Source of the DNA: Candidatus Moanibacter sp.
GTDB taxonomy: Bacteria; Verrucomicrobiota; Verrucomicrobiia; Opitutales; UBA2987
Assembly: GCA_965215885.1 (NCBI GenBank)
Contig: CBDCEW010000105.1
Span: 128,001 to 192,000, forward strand
Reading direction: 5' to 3'
Length of the DNA: 64,000 nucleotides
Both the position numbers and the translations under genes were made by a program. Below are positions 10,285-20,524 of this stretch, in pieces (positions within the stretch are counted from its first letter, which is position 1; each line of letters starts with the position of its first letter). Under the pieces are notes generated by a model. That model was given only the letters and a program-made list of their open reading frames with translations. It searched no databases and was not told the origin of the DNA.

Positions 10285-12184
10285 GGCCCGCGAAGTTTCC
10301 GCATCCTTGGAAGGATCGAGATATAGAAATCTCGCGTAGTAGAGCCAGGCAGTAGCATTGCTCGTAGTAGAGCCAGGCAGTAGCATTGCTCGGACAAAGG
10401 GCGACGGCCTTCTCGTAATAAGGGCGGGCCTCTTCAAAGGGGCGGCCCTCTACGAGAAGCGCCATACCGTAGTGGGCGTGCGCGGCCCACAACTCGTTAC
10501 TGATTGCAATAGCCCTGGCCGCCTTCTCCCGCGCTTCGCTACCTGTTGCTTCACCGTTATCGCGCTTCCAGGAGTAAGTCTGCAGCACCGTCAATGCGAG
10601 GTCACTCCAGGCCAGACCATGCTCCTCATTCCACACCAGTGCCTCCCGAAAACTCCCCATCGTTTCCTGCAAATATGCCAGATTACCGCGAAGTCGGCTC
10701 TTGTTTTCATTATAAAAATCCAGGCTTTCTTCACCTTCGAGGTGACGCGCCGCGGCCAGAAAAGTCATCGCCCCCTTTATTCCGATGGCGGATCCGAGCA
10801 ATATACACACCGAGAGCCAAAGGAGAGGGAACAAGCGCCAATGAGACAGAACGAGACTACGCCTGGAAGTGAATTTGACAACAAAGGCAAAGAATGTCGC
10901 CACGACAAAGAGGAGAGCCGGGATCTTCAGGTGAAAATCGACGAATAGATGGATGGCGAAGCCAAGCGCGCTGATCAGGATTGCCCCAAGGAAAACCTTC
11001 GATGTCGGCACTACGCGATGCTTTTTCCCCTTGGGCAAAACCAGAAATGGAATACGCCTCCATGTTTCCCATCCTCTATAAACGAGATATCCTGCCGGTC
11101 CGAAGAAGAGGAGGAATCCGACCACACCGAGGTCACTCAGCGTATTCAAGTAATCATTATGGGTGTATCGGGGCCCAATCTGCGCCTCCGGGTTCCGGTA
11201 GCGCTCAAAGACCATTTCAAAACTACCGATTCCCGTGCCAAGAAACGGGTGTTTAGCAAAGATCTCCGCACCGGTCTGCCACATCCACTTGCGAGTTTTT
11301 TCCCCTCGTTCTTCAAATACCCGGTCAACTCGCTCCTTGAAAATGGGGACAGTTGCATAGAGCAGGAGGATGATTACCGTGGTTCCAGCCAACGTCACCG
11401 TCCAGGCAATGATCCTTCCAGAGCCCTTCCCTGCCGTGAAGTAGGGTAGAGCCATGCATACCCCAAGGAAACCGATCCAACCGCCTCGACTGCCCGACAT
11501 GACAAGGCCGGCGATAAAGAGAACCGTCAAAAGACCGGAAAGAATCCTTGCCATAACAGAGATTCTGCGGGTGCATGCCACGAGCATGAGGAAGGCAGCC
11601 AACAATCCCATCATGGCGCCAAAATTATTCGGCGACCCAAAAGTTCCCCACGCCCTCCCTTCGTACTGTTCAAACTGCCGCCTGCCCATCGGCAGCCAGG
11701 TCGGGTCTTCAAAGAATTCTCTGGCACCAAAATAGAGCGAGACAAGACCCACGGAAGCAATCCAGGAGATCAATATCCAGAGTTGCCTCTTTTCACGCAA
11801 ATTATGGATGGCGACCCAATATATCACACCACCGAGAGCGAGGACAAAAAATTCTTCCCTTCCCCACCAGGGAGTCGGTGTGACCAGACGGTAGCTGACA
11901 TAGGCGTAAAGCAGGAAGGGAATAAAAATCAAACCCAACCGATTAAACCGTATTGGTCGTTCCGGCTGTAATCCGACCCAGCAGCCATGCAATATCAGCA
12001 ACACACCAACTAATACGGATAGGCCGGCTTCCGCTTGGGGATGATGGCCTCCCAAGTTCCAGACGGCATAACCGATCGTTACACCCAACCATAAGAGGAT
12101 GGCCCAGTCCAGGAGGCTGCCCGGTTGTAATGAGTCGAGTCGACTCTTTTTTCTTGGACTGGAGTCTCGGCTGAGTTTCGGCAC
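10285..12184 (-). pseudogene. O-antigen ligase family protein with C-terminal TPR-like region, 3' end disrupted
   Basis: GTFGSPNN, SGSRGG, HNDYL and HLFVDF motifs. A 28-bp duplication frameshifts the tail and the IS cuts the original frame. Confidence 0.75.
10335..10390. repeat. 28-bp perfect tandem duplication
   Basis: cgtagtagagccaggcagtagcattgct x2. Confidence 0.95.
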
Positions 12185-12278
12185 CGCATTCTAATGAAAC
12201 CTTGCCAAATTAGATCTGTCAGCTTTAAAGACCAAACGCAGAAATTGACTAGAGAAACTGGTTAAGGTCGAATAGCCT

Positions 12279-13271
12279 ATGCAAGCAAATATCAGCGAGA
12301 TAAATGAGAGGGTAAGAGAGTCTTCAAACTGGGTAAGTCTTCTCCAGAGAGAGATTGGCCGTGTAATCGTCGGTCAGAAATATCTGGTGGACCGATTAAT
12401 CGTCGGTCTCGTGGCTAACGGCCATGTTCTCCTGGAAGGAGTGCCGGGTCTGGCTAAGACCCTTTCCATACGCACGCTGGCTGCGGCCATTGAGGCACAG
12501 TTTCAGCGGATCCAGTTCACGCCTGACCTCCTGCCCGCCGACATTATCGGCACTCTCATCTACAATCCCCGTGAGGGCGAGTTTTCCACCAAGAAGGGTC
12601 CGGTTTTCGCAAATTTGATTCTCGCCGATGAGATCAATCGCGCCCCTGCCAAAGTACAGAGCGCTCTCCTCGAGAGCATGCAGGAAAGGCAAGTAACGAT
12701 CGGCGAGAATACCTACCCGCTACCCGACCCTTTCCTGGTATTGGCAACGGAGAATCCGATCGATCAGGAGGGCACCTACCCTCTGCCGGAGGCACAGCTT
12801 GACCGGTTCATGCTGAAACTCAAAATCGGCTATCCCAGCCGCGATGAAGAACGCAAAATCCTCGACACCATGGCCTCCACGACGCCTCAGACAGGAGTGA
12901 ACGGCGTCATCGATCCAGCCAGGATTATCGAGTCACGCAATACCGTAAACGATATCTATATCGATGAGAAGGTGCGGGACTACATCGTCGATATCGTATT
13001 TGCCACCCGAGAACCCGAAAAGTTCAACCTCAAAGACATTCAGGATTTCATCCAATACGGCGCCTCTCCGCGGGCCACCATCAACCTCACTCTGGCCGCA
13101 AAAGCATGGGCCTTCCTCGAGGGCCGCGGCTACGTCACCCCACAGGACGTCAAAACGATCGGGATGGATGTGCTCCGGCATCGGGTTATTATCACCTATG
13201 AGGCTGAAGCCGAAGACATTTCGAGCGAAGACATGATTCAGAACATCTTCGAAACTATACCGGTGCCGTAA
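12279..13271 (+). CDS. moxR: MoxR family AAA+ ATPase
   Basis: EGVPGLAKT, RIQFTPDLLP, LADEINRAP and EAQLDRF motifs. Confidence 0.95.
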   Translation: MQANISEINERVRESSNWVSLLQREIGRVIVGQKYLVDRLIVGLVANGHVLLEGVPGLAKTLSIRTLAAAIEAQFQRIQFTPDLLPADIIGTLIYNPREGEFSTKKGPVFANLILADEINRAPAKVQSALLESMQERQVTIGENTYPLPDPFLVLATENPIDQEGTYPLPEAQLDRFMLKLKIGYPSRDEERKILDTMASTTPQTGVNGVIDPARIIESRNTVNDIYIDEKVRDYIVDIVFATREPEKFNLKDIQDFIQYGASPRATINLTLAAKAWAFLEGRGYVTPQDVKTIGMDVLRHRVIITYEAEAEDISSEDMIQNIFETIPVP

Positions 13272-13286
13272 AACAAAGGATGTAAG

Positions 13287-14219
13287 GTGCCTGAAACCGC
13301 GGAGATAACCAAGGAGATCTTAAAGAAGGTCCGTCAGGTTGAGATTCGAAGTCGCCGGTTTGTGACTGAATCTATGGTCGGCGCTTACCATAGTGTCTTT
13401 AAGGGTCAGGGAATGGATTTTGAGGAAGTTCGCGAGTACACTCCGGGTGATGATGTGCGCGACATCGACTGGAATGTCACCGCGAAGATGGATAGACCGT
13501 TCATTAAGAAGTATCGGGAGGAACGCGAGCTGACGATCATGCTCTGTGTAGACCTCAGCGCCTCAGGCGACTTCGGCTCTGTCGAGCAAAGCAAGCGCGA
13601 ACTGGCCGCCGAAATGGCCAGCGTCCTCGCTTTTTCCGCGACGCGAAACAATGACAAGGTGGGGCTCCTTCTCTTTACCGATCAGATTGAAAAAGTGATA
13701 CTCCCAAAGAAGGGACGCCAGCATGTATTGAGGGTCATACGGGAGATCCTCTTCTTTGAACCGAAACACACCGGAACAGACATTACCCTGGCCTTGAATA
13801 CGCTCAACCGCATCATCCGCCGGCGAGCGATTACTTTTCTCCTTTCCGATTTTCTAACGGAAGAATCATTAGCATGGATACGCCCTCAGACGAAAGGGCA
13901 AGACGTTATCTTCAAGACGATTGCGCTGACCAACAAAAGGCACGACCTGATCTGCATCGACCTCTCCGATCCACGGGAGTTTGCATTGCCTAACGTTGGA
14001 ATTATCGCACTGGAAGATGCCGAGTCCGGTGAAATGGTCGAAATCGATACCGCCAACTCCCAACTGCGAAGCTTATACGCGCATCAGAACAAGGTGCGAT
14101 ACGAGAGTCTATTGCGCGGTTTTCGCCAGAGCGGAGTAGATAATCTTTCCGTGTCCACGGATACTCCCTATATGAACGCACTGCGAGAGTTCTTTCAGAA
14201 GCGGGAAAAAAGGAGATGA
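13287..14219 (+). CDS. DUF58 domain protein (MoxR-associated vWA-like)
   Basis: GMDFEEVREY.PGDDVR.IDWNVTA motif. Confidence 0.92.
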   Translation: MPETAEITKEILKKVRQVEIRSRRFVTESMVGAYHSVFKGQGMDFEEVREYTPGDDVRDIDWNVTAKMDRPFIKKYREERELTIMLCVDLSASGDFGSVEQSKRELAAEMASVLAFSATRNNDKVGLLLFTDQIEKVILPKKGRQHVLRVIREILFFEPKHTGTDITLALNTLNRIIRRRAITFLLSDFLTEESLAWIRPQTKGQDVIFKTIALTNKRHDLICIDLSDPREFALPNVGIIALEDAESGEMVEIDTANSQLRSLYAHQNKVRYESLLRGFRQSGVDNLSVSTDTPYMNALREFFQKREKRR

Positions 14220-15070
14220 ATGAGGCTCGAAAAGTATGCTCTTCTCCACGCCGTAATCCGTCACGCTTAGGAAGCCCGAAGGCGCGCTTTCCACGACATT
14301 CAGGGACCTTCTTGAACGCAACTTCCCCGAGAGGGCGGAAAGCGCGTTCCCGCGGGTGCAATCCTGCCACACTTATCTACACCCTCATGTTGACAGCGAT
14401 GGCGCAACTACAGGGCCAGGTCGCAATCCCGAATCTTGACGGCGAGGAGGGAGCGGAATCCGGCGCCAACGCACCTATCCAGATAGCGCCTATTCCGGAT
14501 ACGCCCCTGCCGTCACCTCCCCTTCAATCACAGCTTCCTTCCGCGGAGGAGCCAGGTGACATTCGCGACATTAGAGATCCCGTATCGATTCCGAATCCGT
14601 GGTTTCCCTACCTGATTGCGGGAGCCGCATTCCTCGTCCTGATTATTCTCGGTTTCCTGATCTATTTCATTGTTAAAAGGCTCAAGAGCAGGCCAGCTGT
14701 CCCTCCCATCGATCCCTATGATCAGGCCCTCGAGGATCTCAGGGCTACTCGCCCGCTCATGAAAGCGGGTTGTGACAAAGAGTTTTCCATTGCCGTTTCA
14801 GACGCAGTACGTTATTTTCTTGAGCGCCAGTTCGCACTTCCTGCTCCGGAATTTACCACCGAGGAATTCCTTTCCCACATTCAGGACCACGATCTCATAA
14901 AAGAAAAGCTGGCAGACACCTTTTCCGATTTTCTTCGGCAGTGCGACATGGCCAAATTCGCGCGGCAGGCCTTTGGGCTTAGCGGTATGAGCGACCTCTA
15001 CGGGAAAGCCGAGACTCTCATCGAAGAAACCTACTTGAAACAAAAAATGAAGGCCGCCGTCCTCGAATGA
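14216..15070 (+). CDS. MoxR/Bat operon membrane protein (DUF4381-like)
   Basis: DIRDIRDP + TM helix + TTEEF…CDMAKFA; start overlaps the DUF58 stop (ATGA). Confidence 0.7.
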   Translation: MNEARKVCSSPRRNPSRLGSPKARFPRHSGTFLNATSPRGRKARSRGCNPATLIYTLMLTAMAQLQGQVAIPNLDGEEGAESGANAPIQIAPIPDTPLPSPPLQSQLPSAEEPGDIRDIRDPVSIPNPWFPYLIAGAAFLVLIILGFLIYFIVKRLKSRPAVPPIDPYDQALEDLRATRPLMKAGCDKEFSIAVSDAVRYFLERQFALPAPEFTTEEFLSHIQDHDLIKEKLADTFSDFLRQCDMAKFARQAFGLSGMSDLYGKAETLIEETYLKQKMKAAVLE

Positions 15071-16128
15071 ATGTCATTGAGAATCTCGTTTCTTTCCTCG
15101 AGAAAATTGCCTTCGCAACACCTGAATTTCTCTGGTTGCTTTTGGCTATTCCTATTTTGGCGCTACTCAAAGGCCGCCGTGGCACAGCTGCCGCCGTTCG
15201 ATTTCCTGCCACGGGACTGGCCCGGCAGGTGGCGGCCTTTGTCCGCAGCCGGCCGGGACGCTTTCTCATCAAACTGCGCCTGATTGCCCTCACTTGTCTG
15301 ATTATGGCCTTGGCTCGCCCCCAATGGATCAGCGGTATCAACGAAATCGAGTCAAGCGGCATCGATATCGTCCTGGCGGTAGATCTCTCCTCATCGATGT
15401 GGGCGCATGATTTCAAGATTAAGGGTAAACCCACGGATCGTTTGACGGTGGTTAAGCAGGTTATGGAGGACTTCATAGAGAAGCGACCCAACGACAGAAT
15501 AGGAATTGTCGCTTTTGCGGGTGCGCCCTACCTGGTAAGTCCATTAACCTTGAATCATGAATGGCTCCTGCAAAACCTGGGGCGCCTGAAAATTGGCCTC
15601 GTCGAAGACGGCACCGCGATCGGTTCAGCAATTGGTATGAGCGTTAATCGATTGCGAGCACAGAATGCCAAGAGCCGCATACTCATCCTTCTGACCGATG
15701 GCGCCAACAACCGGGGAAAGATAAGCCCCATCGCGGCAGCGGAGGCGGCCGCGGCTTTCGGCATCAAGACCTACACGATTGGCGCGGGCCGGGAAGGAGA
15801 AGTGCCGATGCCCTACCGGTTGGATCGGCAGGGCAACCCGGTGCGCGACCGGCGCGGCAAGGTCCTGCTACGGCCTGCGAAGTCGGATATCGACATCGAA
15901 TCGCTAAGTAAAATCGCCGAAATTACTCAGGCGCGCTTTTTTCGAGCCACCGACCTGGAGACCCTGGAGGATATTTATGACGAAATCGATGAACTCGAAA
16001 AATCTGAGATTAAACTGAAATTTCGCGCCAGCTTTACGGATTTCTTTATGTGGCCGGCTCTGGCTGGTCTCATCCTCCTGGGCCTGGAGCAACTCCTTTC
16101 CAATTCTCGATTTCGAAGGCTTCCATGA
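15067..16128 (+). CDS. batA: BatA-like vWA domain protein
   Basis: LARPQW, MIDAS DLSSSM, DGTAIG and LTDGANN motifs. Confidence 0.88.
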   Translation: MNVIENLVSFLEKIAFATPEFLWLLLAIPILALLKGRRGTAAAVRFPATGLARQVAAFVRSRPGRFLIKLRLIALTCLIMALARPQWISGINEIESSGIDIVLAVDLSSSMWAHDFKIKGKPTDRLTVVKQVMEDFIEKRPNDRIGIVAFAGAPYLVSPLTLNHEWLLQNLGRLKIGLVEDGTAIGSAIGMSVNRLRAQNAKSRILILLTDGANNRGKISPIAAAEAAAAFGIKTYTIGAGREGEVPMPYRLDRQGNPVRDRRGKVLLRPAKSDIDIESLSKIAEITQARFFRATDLETLEDIYDEIDELEKSEIKLKFRASFTDFFMWPALAGLILLGLEQLLSNSRFRRLP

Positions 16129-16207
16129 CTTCAAAAGGGATGGCGAAATACCGCAAGCATCAGATTCTCTTTCCTTTTCGGCAGAGACATAAACAGTCGT
16201 TTTGATC

Positions 16208-18118
16208 ATGACTTTTGAGAGTACATCCTGGCTCATCGCGGCTCTAATTCTGCTGCCTGTCCTGACTCTACTCTACCTGCAATTGGAGAGATCCAAGAAG
16301 AGCCGACTGGCGTCTTTTGCGGCATCAAAACTGATCGAGGATCTCGCCGCTTCCCTAAGCACTCGAAAAAGGAATCTTAAAGCCGTCCTCCTTATCCTGG
16401 CGATCGTTTTAATAGCGATTTCACTGGCGCGACCCCGGTGGGGCTACGACTGGCAGGAAACAAAAGGCAAAGGAATCGATATTCTAATTGCACTCGATAC
16501 TTCCAAAAGCATGCTCGCCGAAGATATAAGGCCGAACCGGCTGGACCGGGCAAAATTGGCCATACTCGATCTCCTGGAGCGAATTGAAGGCGATCGCGTG
16601 GGTCTCATCGCATTTTCTGGAAGCGCATTCCTGCAATGCCCTCTAACTCTGGATTACGACGCTTATCGTCAGACCTTGGAAACGGTCGACACTAACATCA
16701 TCTCCCTGGGAGGAACGAATATGGCCGCTGCAATCGCGGAAGCCCAGGCTTCTTTCGCCCAGGACGACAATTTTCGAATCCTCGTTCTCATTACCGATGG
16801 CGAAGACCTGGAAGCGGCGGGAATCGAACAAGCTCGCCTCGCGGCAGAGGGAAAAGTGACAATTTACACGGTGGGAGTGGGAAGCCCGAGCGGAGAACTC
16901 ATCCCGGTCAGAATGGAAGACGGGAGCGTCGATTTTCTTCGCGACAATCGGGGAAATGTCGTAAAGACGCGGCTCGACGAGACAACCCTCACGGAAATCT
17001 CCTCTTCGACGGGCGGTTTTTACGTTCCCCTTGGAAGCACAGGTGAAGGTCTGGAGGAGGTCTACAACGTCGGTCTCCAGTCGATTCCGAAGCAGGAACG
17101 CGAGGCGAGGCTTCATAAAATTCCCCACGAGCGATTTCAATGGCCCCTCGGTCTGGCCGTTTGTGCGCTCATCATGGAGTCATTCCTCAGCACAAGGCGC
17201 CGGCGAGTAATTCGGGCACCAATGCCCTTGCGATGGGCAAGCATGCTCGTGCTGTCCCTTTTTCTCGTGACAGGAGAACCCATCAAGGCCTCGCCGCAAG
17301 ATGCCCAGGACCTCTACAACGAAGGGGATTTCGAAGAGGCGGAAAGACAATACCGGGAAGCGATCGAGAAGTCGCCGGAAGATTCGCGTTTGCAGTTCAA
17401 TCTTGGCGCAACTCAGTACCGTGAAGGTGCCTTTGATAACGCTGAAGAAGCACTCCAGAACGCTCTCCAGACGGAAGACCTGGAATTGCAAGGAAACACA
17501 TTTTACAACCTCGGAAACACCCATTTCCGAATGGGACAGACCACTCTCCAGACCGATCCCCAGTCAACTATTGAGCTCTGGGAAAAGGGTCTGAAAGACT
17601 ACGAAAACGCTCTCAACCTCGACCCCGCGGACGAAGACGCCAGGTTCAACACCGAATTCCTGGAGAAGCGGCTGGAAGAGCTCAAGAAACAATTGGAACA
17701 ACAACAGCAGAACGAGGAGAATAACGAAGAACAAAACCAAGAGGAGAGCAGTCAGAGTCAGGAGAGTGAACGGCAGGACGAGGAGCAGCAGCAGAGCGAT
17801 AGTGAACAGCCGGACGGGGGCCAGCAACAAAGTGAGAGTGAGCAGAGTGAAGAGGAGCAGTCGGCCGAAAATGAACCTGCAGAGCAGGAAGATGCAAAGG
17901 AGGAAAATCAGAAAGAGCAGATGCAGCAGACGAGCGAATCTGAAGAAACAGATGAAGGAGATGAACGGGAGCCACAGGTGGCCTCGGGCCGCATGACTCG
18001 TGAAGAAGCCCGTCAGTTGCTCGATTCCATGAAGAGCGAAGAAAGGAAACTCCCGATTGCGATTTTTGAGATCGACGATCCGAAGAGAGCAAGAGAGAGA
18101 ACCCTGAAGGACTGGTGA
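16208..18118 (+). CDS. batB: BatB/BatC-like vWA + TPR fusion protein with Q/E-rich tail
   Basis: DTSKSM, CPLTLDY, ITDGED, TPR repeats (YNLGN), C-terminal KDW. Confidence 0.85.
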   Translation: MTFESTSWLIAALILLPVLTLLYLQLERSKKSRLASFAASKLIEDLAASLSTRKRNLKAVLLILAIVLIAISLARPRWGYDWQETKGKGIDILIALDTSKSMLAEDIRPNRLDRAKLAILDLLERIEGDRVGLIAFSGSAFLQCPLTLDYDAYRQTLETVDTNIISLGGTNMAAAIAEAQASFAQDDNFRILVLITDGEDLEAAGIEQARLAAEGKVTIYTVGVGSPSGELIPVRMEDGSVDFLRDNRGNVVKTRLDETTLTEISSSTGGFYVPLGSTGEGLEEVYNVGLQSIPKQEREARLHKIPHERFQWPLGLAVCALIMESFLSTRRRRVIRAPMPLRWASMLVLSLFLVTGEPIKASPQDAQDLYNEGDFEEAERQYREAIEKSPEDSRLQFNLGATQYREGAFDNAEEALQNALQTEDLELQGNTFYNLGNTHFRMGQTTLQTDPQSTIELWEKGLKDYENALNLDPADEDARFNTEFLEKRLEELKKQLEQQQQNEENNEEQNQEESSQSQESERQDEEQQQSDSEQPDGGQQQSESEQSEEEQSAENEPAEQEDAKEENQKEQMQQTSESEETDEGDEREPQVASGRMTREEARQLLDSMKSEERKLPIAIFEIDDPKRARERTLKDW

Positions 18119-19947
18119 TGCTTTTGACTCCGAAGAGTATCGGCCCCCTTTATTTCTTCCTTCTGTGGGGAAGCGCGTGGGCGCTTGGGCAGGCGCCGGT
18201 CGTTACCAGCAACATCAGTCCCGCTACCGTTACTCTCGGGCAGACGGCAACCTACAAAGTATCAATCGAAGGCGATGACCAACCGAAACGATGGATCCAG
18301 CTCAAGGTAGATGGTCTCAAGATCGATTATCTGGCAACGAGCCAAAGTATGCACAGTTCGATAATCAATGGGAGAATCAAATCGGTCGCTACCAATACGT
18401 ATAATTTCCAAGCCCTCGCCAAAAAGACCGGAACTTTCATCATACCGACCTATCATCTTGAAATTGAGGGTCGAAGGGCGATCGTCCCTGCCGCAACCTT
18501 GACTGTCCTCCCGCCCGATGGAAAAAGGAACGTAACTCCGGAAGAAGCAGCATTCCTCGAATTGGAGCCCTATGAAGGGCCAATTTACGTGGGTCAGAGG
18601 GCACGTTATAAACTGAATCTCTTTGTTCACGCTTCCATCACCAATGTCTCCTTTATAGACCTCACTCAAAAAGGAGACGCCTTTTCGCAGAGTAAAGCTC
18701 CCAAGGCAGCGGATACCGCGGGGGCACGAAGAAACAATCTCAATTACCAGGTCTACTCCTTCCCCGTGATAGTAACTCCCCTCAAAGCAGGCACGCATGA
18801 TATTGAATACGAACTTCCAATCGAAGTTACATTTCCGCGCCAGCGGAGCCGTTCCCGTTCTTCCTCCTTTGACCGCTTCTTTAACGACGACTTTTTTGGT
18901 TTCGGTAATTTACGAGATCGGAGACAATTAAGGCCTTCTACAAAAAAGGTTCCCCTCGAAATCGCACCCCTTCCGGAGAAGGGAAAGCCTACTGGCTTTT
19001 CTGGTGCCATTGGACTCTTCTCAATCAAACAGAACCTCTCTTCAAAGGAGGTCAACGCGGGTGATCCCATCACCCTGACGGTCGAGATCTCCGGCGAAGG
19101 TAACTTTGATCGCATACAACCCCTCGACGTCGCGGTGGGCGACGACTGGAAGACATATTCCCCAAAATCGAATTTTGTGGCTCAAGATGAACAGAACTAT
19201 AGCGGAACCAAGACCTTTGAATACGTGCTTATTCCGGAATCGACCACCATTACTGCATCACCCACAGTAAATTTCAGCTTTTTCAACCCCGAAGACTCCG
19301 AATACGTCGAACTTACACCGAAGGCTATCGCCTTAAAGGTGAACCCGGCCCCACCAACTCAGACATTTGTTCCCCTCGTTGCAAACGGAGGTGGGCGCGG
19401 CGAACCCGGCTCTGCCTCTCGCCCGGTCCGCGAGAGAAGCATTCTCCCGATTAAGCTCCTCCCCGGTCGGTGGGTCCCAGCGATCCTGCCCGCATTTCGC
19501 AGTGTCGATTTCTATTACGCCCAGATGTTACCCTTTCTGCTCCTTACGGGAGTCTATCTCATACGCAAAAGGCAGCTTCGCCTCCGCGAAGACGTGGACT
19601 ACGCACGCCGTCGGAGGGCCGGAAAAGCGATGCGGAATTGGCTAAACAAGGCCAAAGCAGCCGCCACGGGCGAAGATGCCTCCTCCTTTTTCGCGTTCGC
19701 GCAGCGTGCCATTCAGGAGAGTTTGGGAAGGCATTTTCAGTCGGAAGCTGAGACCCTCACTCTGGTCGAGCTGCAGCAGTTTTTCTCCAGCGTAGAGGCG
19801 CCACCCGAACTCGTCGAAGAAGTAGAACAGTTTTTTCAAGAGGCCGACGCGATCCGATTCGCGGGAAGCAAGAGTAAAGAGAGAACGCTGCGCCAATGGA
19901 ATAAAACGCTCACCCAGCTCGTGGCGGCTCTTTCCGATCTAAAATGA
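18115..19947 (+). CDS. batD: BatD family protein
   Basis: Signal peptide, FSGAIG…GDPITLTVEISGEGN, operon position. Confidence 0.82.
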   Translation: MMLLTPKSIGPLYFFLLWGSAWALGQAPVVTSNISPATVTLGQTATYKVSIEGDDQPKRWIQLKVDGLKIDYLATSQSMHSSIINGRIKSVATNTYNFQALAKKTGTFIIPTYHLEIEGRRAIVPAATLTVLPPDGKRNVTPEEAAFLELEPYEGPIYVGQRARYKLNLFVHASITNVSFIDLTQKGDAFSQSKAPKAADTAGARRNNLNYQVYSFPVIVTPLKAGTHDIEYELPIEVTFPRQRSRSRSSSFDRFFNDDFFGFGNLRDRRQLRPSTKKVPLEIAPLPEKGKPTGFSGAIGLFSIKQNLSSKEVNAGDPITLTVEISGEGNFDRIQPLDVAVGDDWKTYSPKSNFVAQDEQNYSGTKTFEYVLIPESTTITASPTVNFSFFNPEDSEYVELTPKAIALKVNPAPPTQTFVPLVANGGGRGEPGSASRPVRERSILPIKLLPGRWVPAILPAFRSVDFYYAQMLPFLLLTGVYLIRKRQLRLREDVDYARRRRAGKAMRNWLNKAKAAATGEDASSFFAFAQRAIQESLGRHFQSEAETLTLVELQQFFSSVEAPPELVEEVEQFFQEADAIRFAGSKSKERTLRQWNKTLTQLVAALSDLK

Positions 19948-20247
19948 GATCGTGTAGAACTATGCGATTTGCGAAGATAAGCTATGGAAGTGAGTTAGGA
20001 ACAAACAGTTAGATCATAATTAAATCGGGGTCACAGAGGGCCACAGACTACTAACTTGAAAATGCTTGTTTCCTTAAGAAGATATTCCTTTGCCGCATTT
20101 AGAACCTGTTGATCTTCAAGGAATATCGTTCTGCTCCTCAGAAAAGAATGGTTCGCTTAGAAAACTTAGTTTTATGAACACGTTTTGGAGTATAAGCGGC
20201 TGGTATTCACAGTATTGCGGTCGAGACCATGGCGGTGGATACGAGAC

Positions 20248-20329
20248 CGAACATCGAACTTTGAACATCGAACTTCGAACACCGAAGGTCCCTACTTCGA
20301 TGTTGGACGTTCGATGTTGGACGTTGAAC
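20248..20329. repeat. Inverted heptamer tandem repeat
   Basis: (cgaacat/cgaactt)x5 followed by inverted (ttcgatg/ttggacg) units. Confidence 0.8.
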
Positions 20330-20524
20330 AAATCCGCGGCGTTCTCGAATCCGTGGGGCTTCCTCCGTCATTCGTGTCCATTCGCGTGTCCCGCTCAGCG
20401 GGATGGTTTTTCTCATCTCTTTGGTTGCAGCGCCGCTGCGCTAGGCTTCTCTGTGCCGCTCTGTGACCCCTTTTCTGTATCGGTCTTCCAGTTTCATTGC
20501 GGCCGAAGGCTGCGTTAGGACTCA

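Noticed and set aside
17690..17960. Low-complexity GAG/CAG-rich tract
   Set aside because: Ordinary Q/E-rich linker of BatB/C proteins
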